Position numbers and translations under genes: made by a program
Part shown: positions 48,190-62,252 of the stretch, piece by piece
Numbering within the stretch: position 1 is the first letter of the stretch
Layout: every line of letters begins with the position of its first letter
The notes under the pieces: model-generated
Database searches by the model: none
What the model was told of the DNA's origin: nothing
What the model saw: the letters and a program-made list of their open reading frames with translations, nothing else
Assembly: GCA_964016885.1 (NCBI GenBank)
Contig: OZ024743.1
Location: 315,084,001-315,148,000, forward strand
Reading direction: 5' to 3'
Length of the DNA stretch: 64,000 nt
DNA from: Eledone cirrhosa
Taxonomy: Eukaryota

Positions 48190-48859
48190 CTCAGTTCCTA
48201 CTATATCAAGCGTTAAACTATGATATTTCTTCATTGTACTGTATCGTCTGCTTGGTTAGTTCTGTTTACCTTTTTCATATATATGTGTGTGGGTGGGGGC
48301 CTGCGTGTGTGTGTGTATTATTTCCATGTCGCAATACTAGGGACAACATGGAATATAAAAAAAGTACATTATGCGAGAACTCGCACGGGAAAACTTTTTC
48401 GAGAAGTGAACTGCATATGTGGGCCACACTACTACAAAATTCACGGCAATTTTGAAATTTGGCGTGGCACTCAGAAAGCCAAACGGCTCCATTTTTCCCA
48501 TATCTGCTCTAAAACACAACGCGCCGCTGATCTAGGGATCGAACCCATGTACTTATGATCCTGGGTCCAACAACCTAACCGTTGTACGTCATCATGTGCC
48601 TATATATATATATATGTGTGTGTATATATATATAAATATATATATATATACATAATATATATGCACACACAAACACACACATATATATATACGTGCGTGT
48701 GCGTGTGTGTCTGTGTGTGTGTGTGGTACTATTGTATGCCAGCTGCACTCAACTCATCTTACAATGTCATTTCCATAGACTGCCGAAGAAATTGTCGGAA
48801 ACCTTAGATATTTAGCCTATTTTATATTTTGGTCTAACATTATACTTTAGCCTATCAAT

Positions 48860-49048
48860 GGCGGTGGATTGGCAGTATCGCTAGAGGGTCGGACGCCATG
48901 ATTTGACGCATAGAGTTACAGCCCTTGCCATTCTGAGTTCAAATCCCGCCGAGGTTAACTTTGCATTTCATCCTTACGGGGTCGATAAAATAAAGTACCA
49001 GTAATGTACTGGTTATTGCTGGCCTTGTGCCAAAAGTAGAAACAATTA
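48860..49048 (+). mobile_element. tRNA-derived SINE (Nin-domain-like family)
   Basis: Near-identical to the 9532 copy. Confidence 0.92.
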
Positions 49049-49360
49049 TATTTTAGCCTATCTTTATATTTAGCCTATTTTCATATTTTAGTCTATCTTT
49101 ATATTAATCTTATTTTATATTTTAGTCTATCTTTATATTTTAGCCTATCATTATATTTTAGCCTATCTTTATATTTAACCTATATTTATATTTAGGCCTA
49201 ACTTCATATTTTCGTCTAACTTTAGTATTTCCTCTTATCTTTAGATTTTTAGTCTATCATTAGTTTGTGGTCTCTCTTTATATTTTAATATATCATTAGA
49301 TCTGTGTCTAACTATATATTTCAGTATATATTTATATATATTTTGATATATCTTTGTATC
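49049..49360. repeat. Degenerate ~18-20-bp minisatellite (tatattttagcctatctt)
   Basis: Repeated motif; the array also begins before the SINE, at ~48806. Confidence 0.75.
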
Positions 49361-49765
49361 TTAAACCCATCAAACAGTTACATAAAGCTTGGAAAATTTA
49401 ATTGGTTGATTCATTTATTCTTGCAACGTATTATTAGAAAAATTTATAGATTTTGGACATTACTTTTTTTATGATAATGTAGGTGTTGCTAATGGTGTTG
49501 TTGTTGTTACTGCTGCTATTATTATAATAGTGTTGTTGTTGCTGACAATGATATTGTTTATGTTGTTCATTTTATTCTGTTTTTATTGCTGTTTTTATTG
49601 CTGCAGTTACTGCTGCTACAGCTTGTCGTGTTGCTGCTGCTATTACTACTATTTTTATTATTTTATTGTTTATCCTTTCTTTCTGTTTCTCCTTATTTTC
49701 TTGCAAAAATGTTTAGTTTTACGTTTATATATTATTTTGTTGTTGTTGTTGTAATTATTATTATT

Positions 49766-50099
49766 ATTTGAAAGATGTCTGAGAGAGGCAAGAATGACCC
49801 GAGTGAAGTGAAGGTGGAAATTGAAGGTGGAAAACTGGGAGAGGGCACTTGCCCTTGTGGTCAGGGTCACCGTGGCTTTTTTTTAATGGGCTTTCTCCAC
49901 GATGGCCCTCGGAAGTCCCCCCCCCCCTACCTATTGAGGAATTTTTCATTGTTCTTTTTTGTTACATTCTGTGTTTTTTTTTGTTTTTACACGCAGAAAT
50001 GCCCATTTGTACCGTCCTGTATTGTCCTGTATTGTCCTTAATGTCTACTTTGTGTAAACCTTTGTGGTTAATAAAGAAAGCATTATTATTATTATTATT
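49766..50099 (+). mobile_element. LINE (Tx1/L1-like) extreme 3' end
   Basis: Short coding-like tail, pyrimidine-rich UTR, AATAAA plus (ATT)n; 3' end similar to 52010-52077. Confidence 0.55.
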
Positions 50100-52077
50100 G
50101 GTCTAAGCGGACGTATTTTGCTCGCTCACAGTAAGTCGCTTTATTTGCCTGTTAAAACTATTTGTTGTTAAATAATTCTTGTTGTGTAAGGGATATAAGC
50201 CCATAGACTTTGCCCCGTGAAGGGGAAAGTATAATATTTGGCTTTTTGGCCCAAATATTTGAACTTTTTTTACATGTTAAAATATTTACGAAGAAAAAAA
50301 AAACATGGCTGAGCCACGCCTCCCTGCGATATGTCGGCTGTCGTGCGACAACTACGTAGAAGTTGAGAGGAGCGCTACAGCGAAATTAACACACATTTAT
50401 AACACAAACACCACCACAAACAAGTTAAACAAAGACACCAAGGATACCAATGAGAACTCTAATTTTGAAAAAAGTTACAGTAACAGCGACAACGAAAATA
50501 CAGATAACAAAAAAAACAAAACAAATACAACGACGATATCAACACCACTAACATCAAAACAGATAGCGACAACACCAACAGTAACAATACCAACTGCACC
50601 GAGAACAACGGTGGCAACAAAGACAACAATGATAACAGCGACAGTGCTAACAACATCACCAACAAAACAACGACAACAACACCCTCAACGAAAACAAGAA
50701 GAACACTTTCGCTGTGGCAGCAGCAAAAAAGAGGCCATGCTTCAACATGGATCTCTCAAACAAAGATGAAAAGTTTGCCCGGGCATGGAAGCTCATCAAG
50801 AAAGAGCAAACCTGGGCCAACTTAACTGTCCCGGTAGAAGCTATTGAGGCAGTGGAGCGCAGAACGGTGCATTATAGATGCATCTCAGCACAAACCAAAA
50901 GGGCAGCTTTAATCCCACAAGAAGATGTCGAAGTCGCGCTGAGGTGCATCAGAGAAGACACCCAGTACATAGAGAGGGGCAGATAGTACGGCACCATTTC
51001 GGTGTTGTTCAAGTCAGAAGCCCTCGCTATGAAACACGCTATGACTCCTTGCAAAACAAACAAGGTCATAATATACCCCTCCCACATGGGAAAAAGAACG
51101 GCCCGTCTCCGCATTCCTAGAATCCCACCAGGACTTGACATGTGGTGGCTTCTGGGATGTGTGATTGTGGAGGGGACGGATACCGTCCCTATAAGAGTGA
51201 CCAGAACGGCCAGAGAGGACTGGTCCGGGGTTGACCTGGAGATCCTTCTCCAGATCAGGCCCGAAAATGTGAAGACAATCCCGGACCACATCCGCCTTCA
51301 GAATGGGACGGTCATTCATATTATGACCGCAGGCAAAAGGCCGCAGTGTTTTGTTTGTGGGGAAAAAACCCATTTGCGAGCCTTCTGCCCTCAACTGCTG
51401 AAAGAGGCAAGGGGTCGAAAGGCTTCACTGCTGCGGATGCCGGGGCGAGGACCACAACCAACACCATCACCGGCAAAACCACCAACAACAACACCAATAG
51501 AAAGACCACCACCAACATTGACCACCCAGTGGGGAAACGAGGAAAGCTGTCAAATTCCCCCTCCCCCCCCAAAATACACACACCAATAAAACCATAAACA
51601 TACATACAGACACACTTACAGACACAGACCCCTCATCTACCAGTAGTGAAAACGAGGGAAATCCCAAATCCCCCAAAATACAAAAAAGGAAACACAAAGA
51701 GAAAAAAAAACTCAACAAAGCAGAAAAGCACGACAATAAAAAACGCAGACACCACTCACGCAAACATCTCTCCCATAACACCAACATCAACACCACCATC
51801 ACCATCACCAGAATCCCCCAAACGCAAACAACCGAAACAGACGCAAGAACAAATATACACACAAACATCTGAAACCACAGACACCGCACTCACAACAAAC
51901 ACAGATACAACCGAAACAACACCACCAAACCCATCACCACCAAAGCCACGCAAACAAATAAAATCACACCAACAAAACATACAAAACTTCGTGCTCGTCA
52001 GGAGGGCCAACTGTCTTTTGTATTGTCCCCTATATGTCGGCCCTTGTGGCCAATAAATGAAATCATTATTATTATTA
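50100..52077 (+). mobile_element. ORF1-only (HAL1-like) non-LTR retroelement
   Basis: Disrupted ORF1 with RRM-like region and CCHC knuckle CFVCGEKTHLRAFC, followed directly by AATAAA plus (ATT)n; no ORF2. Confidence 0.7.
50305..52000 (+). pseudogene. Gag-like ORF1 (RRM-like, zinc knuckle, Thr/Pro-rich tails)
   Basis: 50714-50986 and 51002-51589 are in the same frame across one TAG; IPDHIRL...RPQCFVCGEKTH. Confidence 0.75.
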
Positions 52078-52083
52078 GTAGTG

Positions 52084-52278
52084 GGCGGTGGATTGGCAGT
52101 ATCGGTAGAGGGTTGAACGCCATGCTTTCCAGCATAGTTACGTCCCTTTACAATCTGAGTTCAAATCTCGCCGAGGTTGACTTTGCCTTTCATCCTTACG
52201 GGGTCGATAAAATAAAGTACCAGTAATGCACTGGGTAATTGCTGGCCTTGGGCCAACAGTAGAAACAATTATTATTAT
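52084..52278 (+). mobile_element. tRNA-derived SINE (Nin-domain-like family)
   Basis: Matches the 9532 family. Confidence 0.92.
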
Positions 52279-53104
52279 TAGTAGTAGTAGTAGTGTTGTT
52301 GTTGTTGTTGTTTTTGTTGCTGTTGTTGTTGTTTTTGTTGTTGCTGTTGTTGTTGTTGTTGTCGACGCCGCCGGCGCTGTCGTTTTTGTTGTTGTTCTTG
52401 TTGTTAGTATTATTATTCTCTCTGTTGTCTTTAAAATGTCGTATAGTGGAAACGATGCCGTTATTGTGTTGAATAAAAAAAATAATTCTTTTCTCAAAAA
52501 ACCAGCCAGGCGTGTAATGAAACGAAAATATTTACGAACTTGAAAGTAATAAAAGAGTCAAACAAAACTCAGAAATACATATATAGTGTCTCAATGTATA
52601 GAATAGATTTTGGTTTATAAAATTTTAATCGCTTTTCATTTGATTATTTTTCAATAAATATTTTTTTTTAATTTAATTCTAGTATTTTTTTCAAGCTATA
52701 TGGAAATTTATTATAATTGCTCCTGTTTTAGTGAAGATGGTTAATGAAAATGCCAATTTGTCACAGAATTGATATTAAAATATTCAGTGGTGTAGACACA
52801 TGTATGGCTTTCAGGTTGAGGAATTCGTTTCCCTGTGTCATACTTACTGTTCCAGGCGCAATACCTGGCATCCTGGACATATATTTTCTATTATTGGCAT
52901 GGATTGGCCAATATCTTGTGAATGAAGTATGGTAAACAGAAACTGTGGATGCCGGCTGTATATATCACTGGAACTGGTATTTCCGTATAGTTAACTATGA
53001 TGTGTTAGTAGGAAAAGCACTCGATGTTACGCCACTCATCCATCTTTAATGTTAAAACATTTTGGTAGTACGGGAACGGAGTCATTTAACATTGAGTAAA
53101 ATGA

Positions 53105-53532
53105 GAGCAGGCCAGACTGGTGAAATGGCTGCAAAGTTTTATTCCTGCAAACAGTATATACATTTCTGTGACCAGGTTATGTAGGTTCCTGCTGACCTCA
53201 TCAGGCGTATATTGCATACTTATATAATAAAGGAATAATGGTAAAGACAATCATAAAGGCCATAAGGAGAGAAAGCAGAGAAAAAACTTGACTCAAAAGC
53301 AATCGGTTGCACTATCAACAAGCCCACTGATCGCCTTCGAGTCAAACTTTTGTTTTCTGCTTTCTCTCCTTATGGCCTGTGTGATTGTGTTTCCCATTAT
53401 TCCTTTATTATATAATTAATATGCTATATACATCTGATGATGTCGCAAGGTTTCTATGTAACCAGGCCACAGAACTGTATATAGTGTTTTCATGAATAAA
53501 GCTTTGAAGGAATGTTACCAGGCCTGCCTCTT
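53105..53532. repeat. Old fold-back element with CTGATGA motifs on both arms
   Basis: tatataataaaggaataatgg...gagagaaagcag versus ctgctttctctcc...ccattattcctttattatata. Confidence 0.8.
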
Positions 53533-54085
53533 GTCATTTTACTCAATGATTATATATATATATATATATGATAATTTTTATATCATATATATATATCTGA
53601 TAAATTATGTATCATATATATATATATATAAACATGATAAATTGTATATATGTACAGAATACAGATACATGATTCTGTGTAAATGTGTATAGAAATATAT
53701 ACATATTTTTATATGGAGATGCCAACTATTATAGGTATTTCTCTATATGTTATGAAATTGATTGAATTTTGGACCTATTTGAGTCCACATCAGATGTCAA
53801 GTGTATCGTCTAAGCGATCAGAAGGTAATACTTAACCGAGTGGGTTATATAAACTATCGCCTATAGCAGTATGGGCTTTCATATTTTTCGCCATCTTCGT
53901 CGTAGATAATTATGGTACAGGTAATTGCAGGTTTGAAATATTTACATGCCTAGATAATAAAGATGTGGAATTTATATGCACATTTAAGCTGTCTTGTTTT
54001 CTTCTATTATATAATTCATATATACAAGTATACTTTTATAGTACAGTTCGACTGCTAAGCGGATACTTTTATATATTTCATATAC

Positions 54086-54119
<34 letters not shown>

Positions 54120-54313
54120 ATGTGTGTATGTGGGTGTGCGTGTGTGTGAGTGTGTGTGTGTGAGTGTGCGTCTGTATATGTGTGTGTGTTGAAGTGTATA
54201 TATGCATATGTATGGCTATATATATATATATGTGTGTGTGATGGTATATACAAATATTGTAATGTTATATAACTGAACAAAGAATCAGTGTAGCATCATA
54301 TACATATTTATTT

Positions 54314-54406
54314 ACATATTACATATGTTTCACTATCGATCAGCTCGAGGAACGATCGATTAATGATCGAACCTGACTCTGGAAAACGGAAGTTCCTCGG
54401 GTATGT
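54314..54406 (-). ncRNA. Long-stem-II HHR, homologue of 17808-17902, in fold-back 54314-54547
   Basis: acatac-CCGAGGA-act...agt-GAAAC-atat-GTA-atatgt. Confidence 0.55.
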
Positions 54407-54656
54407 GTTAACATGTTGTGGGATATTATCCCGATTCATTCTTAGACACGAGTCTAGCCGTTAACACATGTCTGATACGTTTCGATTCCAGAGTCAGGTT
54501 CGATCACTAATCGATCGTTCCTCGAGCTGCTCAACAGTGAAACATGTGGTCCGGGCGTTTCGACAGCTAGATCCGAGTTCAGATATAGCTGTTGAAACGG
54601 CTGTAGGTGAGCCGTCGGGGTCCTGACTGTTTTCCTATATATATATACATATATAC

Positions 54657-54701
<45 letters not shown>

Positions 54702-54724
54702 ATAGACAGGGTCTTAATGGGATT

Positions 54725-54897
54725 GAGTTACGGCCCTTTATGTTCTGAGTTCAAACCACGCCGAGGTTAGCTTTGCTTTTCATATTTAGGAGGTCGGTAA
54801 AATAATGTACCTGTAACACACTGAAGTCAATTTAATTGACCCTCCACTACCCCAAAATTCCCGTACTTATGTCTTCATCAGAAACCATTATTATTAT
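54725..54897 (+). mobile_element. 5'-truncated SINE (Nin-domain-like family)
   Basis: gagttacggccc...ctgagttcaaaccacgccgagg. Confidence 0.75.
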
Positions 54898-55204
54898 TAA
54901 CAATTAGTTAATTAGTTAATTAAATAAGTAGTCAGCCGCTTTCCTAATCAATGTGATTCCAAAGTTTGCGACCTTATTCATGATGTCTGTTATGCACTTA
55001 CTCCGGGTTTATATATTATAAATTTCAGAAGCTAGAAAAATGTAAGATCAGAGGGAGGGTGATGTAAGCGACAAGATCACCTATTGTGATGAAATACATT
55101 GCATATATCGATAATTACTTACCTAATTCATTATTTGATTATCAAATTGATATTAATTATGACCTTTATCTTTCTCAATACACGTTTACATATATATATA
55201 TATG

Positions 55205-55276
<72 letters not shown>

Positions 55277-55279
<3 letters not shown>

Positions 55280-55396
55280 CGAAGGAGATCTGGTAAGGAA
55301 CCAGATGGACCATAATTCACTCAATACTTAATACTTAGGGAATCCAGAAATAACCGTTGAAACAGCTTGAGCTCTGCCGTCGGGGTCATACTTTTT

Positions 55397-55400
<4 letters not shown>
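55277..55400. repeat. Rearranged copy of the GCCGTCGAAACGGC family
   Basis: aacgaagg...ggaaccagatggaccataa joined to the inverted hairpin part. Confidence 0.75.
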
Positions 55401-55438
<38 letters not shown>

Positions 55439-55477
55439 GTATATATATATATATTATATATATATATTATATATATA

Positions 55478-55554
<77 letters not shown>

Positions 55555-55556
55555 AT

Positions 55557-57030
55557 TTATTAAAATAACAGATTAAAGTTTAAGCAAAGAATCGCTGCTT
55601 TCACCCTTGACGGGATCTTCTGAAACTAACAAAGTCAATCTGAAAACGCAGAACTGGATATTTCAAAAAACGTTGCAACAGGAGGAAGACAGGAAGACGA
55701 TACTTTGGTTCGTGGTAACGTTCGCTGGCAAAGAACGGGAAAAAACGAATAATACGTCATTAATAGGAGCGGTGAAAAACAATTACGCGCAAAGACAAAA
55801 CCACGTTATTGGTATAAAAGAGGTCGTAGACTAATGTTCTCTTAGGTGGTGCATAAACAAAAAATCTGAGGCAATTTCAGCTTGTAAACACAAATTTCAC
55901 AAAACTTTCCTGTATTACAGCCCCACGTTATACCCTAACGGATAGCACGATCTATACGTGGATATTTTACGTCTTGATGTGGGAGCTAAGTATATGTTTT
56001 GTTTATTCCTTTACTTATTTGCATAGGTAAGTATATATTACCCGTATGTTTTGTGAAGGTATGTATACCTTCTCGTACGTATATTTGACTGTTATAGCGT
56101 ATAATTTTTACATATCCTGGTATTTAGGGTTTGGCTATGTGTATACGGGAGTTTTGCGTCTGCGTGAGTGTGCAGGTTCGTACGTATGGTGGGTGTGCGT
56201 ATATGTTTACTTCTTGTTTTAGTTGACTTACGTCTCCGAACATTCGTGTATTTATATGTAGGTATGCGTGTGCGCTTGTTATATACGTATTTATTTACTT
56301 ATATACGTTTATATAATTATTTATTTATTCGTACACAAGCATACACACACACACATATTTATATGTGCGTGGTTTTGTATACACATGGTAAGGTTTTGCG
56401 TATGCTTGTGTATGTACGTATCTGTTTGCGTGTATGTATTTATTTGTTTCTATTACTTCTGTATTGTATTTATTTACTTTGTTCTTAACTCTGTAGCGGA
56501 GATTCATTTGGTCTCCTAGTTAGAATTTTAGTCTACGATTTCTGCTATACCATTTACGTGGTTTTGTCTTTGCGTGCTATTATTCTCCACGCTCCACATA
56601 TGACTTATTATCTTCGTTTTTTCATTCATTGCCAGAGAACGTCTCTATGCACCACCTAAGAGAACATTAGTCTACGACCTCTTTTATACCATAAACGTGG
56701 TTTTGTCTTTGCGCGTAATTGTTTTCCACCGCTCCTATTAATGACGTATTATTCGTTTTTTCCCATTCTTTGCCAGCGAACGTTACCACGAACCAAAGTA
56801 TCGTCTTCCTGTCTTCCTCCGGTTGCAACGTTTTTTGAAATATCCAGTTCTGCGTTTACAGATTGACTTTGTTAGTTTCAGAAGATCCCGTTAAGGGTTA
56901 AAGCAGCGATTCTTTGCTTAAACTTTAATCTGTCATTTTAATAAATATTTGCTCTACAGTCTTATATATTTCATATACATTTTCCTTATCGAGCCCTCAT
57001 TGGATTTTAGTCTTCAATTTTATTATTATT
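55557..57030 (+). mobile_element. Non-autonomous PLE-like element with ~295-bp inverted arms carrying CAGAAGA HHRs
   Basis: 55557-55853 inverted versus 56648-56945; HHRs at 55577-55627 (-) and 56874-56924 (+); partial internal duplication at 56530-56645. Confidence 0.8.
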
Positions 57031-57034
57031 ACTA

Positions 57035-57978
<944 letters not shown>

Positions 57979-58062
57979 ACGTTATTCCGGGTTGAATCGG
58001 AGGCAACCACAGTAAGTAAGGTACTCAATACATTGCAGAGTATAAAAGTTTTAATATAGATG

Positions 58063-58113
58063 AGATTCTACAGGACTAGAACTATTTCATTCTTTAGAAA
58101 TCTTCAGGAATCT
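58063..58113 (-). ncRNA. Type I HHR of Naiad pLTR
   Basis: AGATTC-CTGAAGA-...-GAAA-TAG...CTG-TA-GAATCT (U-G wobble retains stem III). Confidence 0.82.
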
Positions 58114-58261
58114 GGGTATCAACAAATAAATATGGTATTTATAGGTCTCTACAAGTTGTAGGAGAGGGTGGAGAGTGGGATGGGTGTAGGTCATTGGTTG
58201 ATAGAAAAGGGAATTCATTAAAAGCTAATTCTACAAAGCTATAGTTTATTTTTATTAATTT

Positions 58262-59502
58262 ACTTGATCAACAAGAAATCTCAGACCCCATTTGACATTA
58301 GCACGGGGCGAGTGACTCGGCTGAAATTAGCGACCTTGTGGGCCTGTACATCCTACATCACCTGAAGAAGCTCTGTACCGGCCTAACGGGGGGTTTATAC
58401 CGAGACGACGGCCTCTTCGCCCTGCATAAGGTTAACCCCAGAACCACCGATGGGTTTCGGAAAAACTTAAGCTCTTTCTTCTCTAATCTAGGATTTAGTA
58501 TAACTATAGAATCTAATTTGACTAGGGCCAACTTCTTAGATGTCACTCTCGACCTAGATACTTCCCTCTATTACCCGTACCACAAACCTAACGAGGCCCT
58601 TAAATATATTAATGTTAATTCAAACCACCCCCAAAACATCACTGATAACCTAGTAAAAAGCGTCTCTATTAGAATATCTGGCCTCTCCGCCAACAAAGAT
58701 ATTTTTAATGCATCTGCCTCCCACTACAATGACGCCCTCGCCCGTAGCGGATTTAAAGATAAGATAGCTTACCTAGAAACCACCGCAAGATTGCAGAGGA
58801 GGAATAGACGTAGGCAGATTAGCTGGTACAACCCTCCCTTCAATAGAGAGGTATCTACTCCGATAGCTAGGATTTTCTTCACTTTGCTGAAATTACACTT
58901 CCCCATACAACATAGGTACCACACCATCTTTAATAAGAACACAATAAGACTGTCTTACTCCACCACACCTAACCTAGCTAGGAATATAGCCAACCACAAT
59001 TCTAAAAAATTAAATAAGCCAACCACCTCCGAACCCAATCCCCGACTGGGGCTCTATGTAATTGCCTAAATAAGGAAGCATGCCCACTTGAAAACAAATG
59101 CCTCACAAATGATATCATATACAAATGCGATGTCATCTCAGGCACCGAGGATTGCAAAAAAACTTACATCGGCATGACCTCCAACAACTTTAAGACCCGT
59201 TGGTATGCCCATACCCACTCCTTCAGAATACCGGACAAATCAAATCAGACAACACTCGCCTCCTACGTTTGGGACCTCAAAAGGAACTCCACCCCCTTCA
59301 CGCTTAAATGGAAAATACTCCAGAAAGCGCGCTCTTACAACGGAGGACACAAGGGCTGCGACCTTTGTATTTCAGAGAGCTACGAAATTTTATTCGCCTA
59401 GGGCCCGCTACTGAACAAACATTCTGAACACTGCCCGAACTGCATGCACAAGAACTTTGCAACTTTCAAACACTTTAAGCCAGTGTTAAAGCCCGATGGC
59501 TA
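58262..59502 (+). pseudogene. PLE RT/GIY-YIG polyprotein, 5'-truncated and frameshifted
   Basis: ORFs 58338-59069 and 59174-59401; YRDDG, WYNPP, YIGMT, CDLCISE. Confidence 0.9.
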
Positions 59503-59962
59503 AAAACGACCTCCCCCTATTGGCCCCTATATCTCCTTCCCACCCTACCCCCACCCCTCCTCAACCTGAAATACGGCCACTATGGTTTTGTGAGTACCTC
59601 TTTCCTATCTACATTTTCTGCCTGTAGAGGTGTTTTTATGTGCCTGCGTATATGCGTATATTTATTGAGTTCTTATTTATTTGTATGTGTATATATTTGT
59701 GTGTATGTGTGTATATGTATGTGTATGTATATATATATTTGTATGTGTTTTATGTGTGTATATTTATGTATGTATATATATGTATATATGTATATATATG
59801 TGTATATATATGTATATATATATATATGTGTATATATGTGTATTTATCTGTATGTGTATGTATGTATATATGTATATCTATGTATATATATATATTTATA
59901 TATATATATATATATGTATATGTGTGTGTGTGTGTGTATATATATATGTGTGTGTGCAGGTG

Positions 59963-59994
<32 letters not shown>

Positions 59995-59997
59995 CAG

Positions 59998-60048
<51 letters not shown>

Positions 60049-61039
60049 TATATGTGTGCGTGAGAGAGAGTGTGTGTATATATATTTGTGTGTGTGTGTA
60101 TGTGTGTATGCGTGTATATATATGTATATATATGTGTGTATATATGCGTATATATGTTTGTATATATGTGTATATTTATGTATATGTATGTGTATGTATG
60201 TGTATATATGTATATATATATATAATAAAATACGTCCCTCATCAGTGATTTGCCGAAGATCATAGATATTTCATTGCATTAAAAATCATATATCTCACTT
60301 CGGTGCAATAATAACCAAAATAAGTTATTAGGACAATTAAAACGCGTAAAGCGAGTGAGACAGGAGAACAACAGAAAATATAGCATACCGTGGGAGAGAA
60401 ACAAGCTTCAAAAATTATTCTGTTAGCGTAAGCTAGGTGAATATATGAGCGCTTAGAGAAAGAATAGTGCCAGCACGAACGAAGGCCATTGAGCAGAGAG
60501 AGAAAAAATAGCGTCCGTGAGTGCAGGATGAAATGAAGAGAAGAGGGAGAAAAACAGTGAGTGAGTGAAAGTGTGAGGAAGAGTTAACGGACAAGACAGA
60601 GGGGGAGAAACAGAGAGAATGGGGGAACAGTAAGAGAGAGAGAAAAAAACACAGAATCGCAGTGTATTTTGAATCTGTCTACAGAATTCTCTAAACCTTT
60701 GTCACTTAGTAGAACCTTAATGAATTTATCTTTTAAAGAATCTCCCTTTCCTTTAATTCTATCTACCAAGACTGACCCCCCACTGATCTTATAGACATCT
60801 GTTAGCTTAAGAGAAACTTAATGACAATGAATGGTATGCCATCCGGAACCTGTTTATAGAATTCTGTCTGCCTTTGTTACTCTAAAAACAAAAATTAATA
60901 AAAATAAACTATAGCTTTGTAGAATTAGCTTTTAATGAATTCCCTTTTCTATCAACCAATGACCTACACCCATCCCACTCCCCACCCTCTCCTACCACTT
61001 GTAGAGACCTATAAATACCATATTTATTTTTTTATACCC

Positions 61040-61090
61040 AGATTCCTGATGATTTCTAAAGAATGAAACAGTTCTAGTCCTGTAGAATCT
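61040..61090 (+). ncRNA. Type I HHR of Naiad 3' pLTR (sense to ORF)
   Basis: AGATTC-CTGATGA-tttctaaagaat-GAAACAG-ttctagtc-CTGTA-GAATCT. Confidence 0.87.
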
Positions 61091-61102
61091 CATCTATATT
61101 AA

Positions 61103-61194
<92 letters not shown>

Positions 61195-61215
61195 TATATA
61201 AATATATATAAATAT

Positions 61216-61321
<106 letters not shown>

Positions 61322-61337
61322 TATATAATATATATAC

Positions 61338-61371
<34 letters not shown>

Positions 61372-61400
61372 ATATATAATATATATATATAATATATATA

Positions 61401-61499
<99 letters not shown>

Positions 61500-61503
61500 A
61501 TAT

Positions 61504-61535
<32 letters not shown>

Positions 61536-61568
61536 ATTATATATATATATTATATATATATATTATAT

Positions 61569-61699
<131 letters not shown>

Positions 61700-61750
61700 G
61701 AAAAAGTGGAGAATAACATGGTCAACAGTACAAAAAAGGGGATTTATTTG

Positions 61751-61858
61751 CAGTCTAACAATTGTTTCACTGATAGAATTGTCTAAAAATTGGTGAACAC
61801 TAAAAACAGTGTCACTCAATTTTAAATACGATGTTAACTCTACTAGATCATCAAACTG
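61751..61858 (-). ncRNA. Degenerate long-stem-II HHR
   Basis: cagt-TTGATGA-t-ctagtagagtt...aattctatcag-t-GAAAC-aatt-GTT-agactg. Confidence 0.55.
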
Positions 61859-62252
61859 TTTCCGATGATCTATATATTTATTTTGGTTCCTGTACCGGTT
61901 TCGCAGTTCTTCTGCTTTTCAAAAGTAGATTTGAGATGGAGGGTCTGTAGTTTTTCTCCCATCTGGTTGGTCTTTGAATGTTACTTCTGTTTTATATGGA
62001 AAAAAGCGGCTCGAAATGCCAGGTTTTTAGAGAAGTAATTTTGTTGGTTTCTGAATAAGTACAATAAATTTCGCGCCATTTCGCGTTACAAAGTTCTTCA
62101 AACAAAGGGGGTCTCAGGTTGTTTTTTCATATATGAAAGAAGTTTGATTGGTTGATGTAGTCACGTGAATAATTACACCAGCTTTCGTGCCAGTTTGTGT
62201 TTGAATTTCTTTTTACTTATAAAAAGGGTGGCTCACGTAGGCTTTTTTTTAT

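Larger units (their letters stand above)
57979..61107 (+). mobile_element. Naiad-like PLE copy B with inverted 5' pLTR (57979-58260) and 3' pLTR (to 61107)
   Basis: Highly similar to copy A; 58045-58260 inverted versus 60893-61107. Confidence 0.92.
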
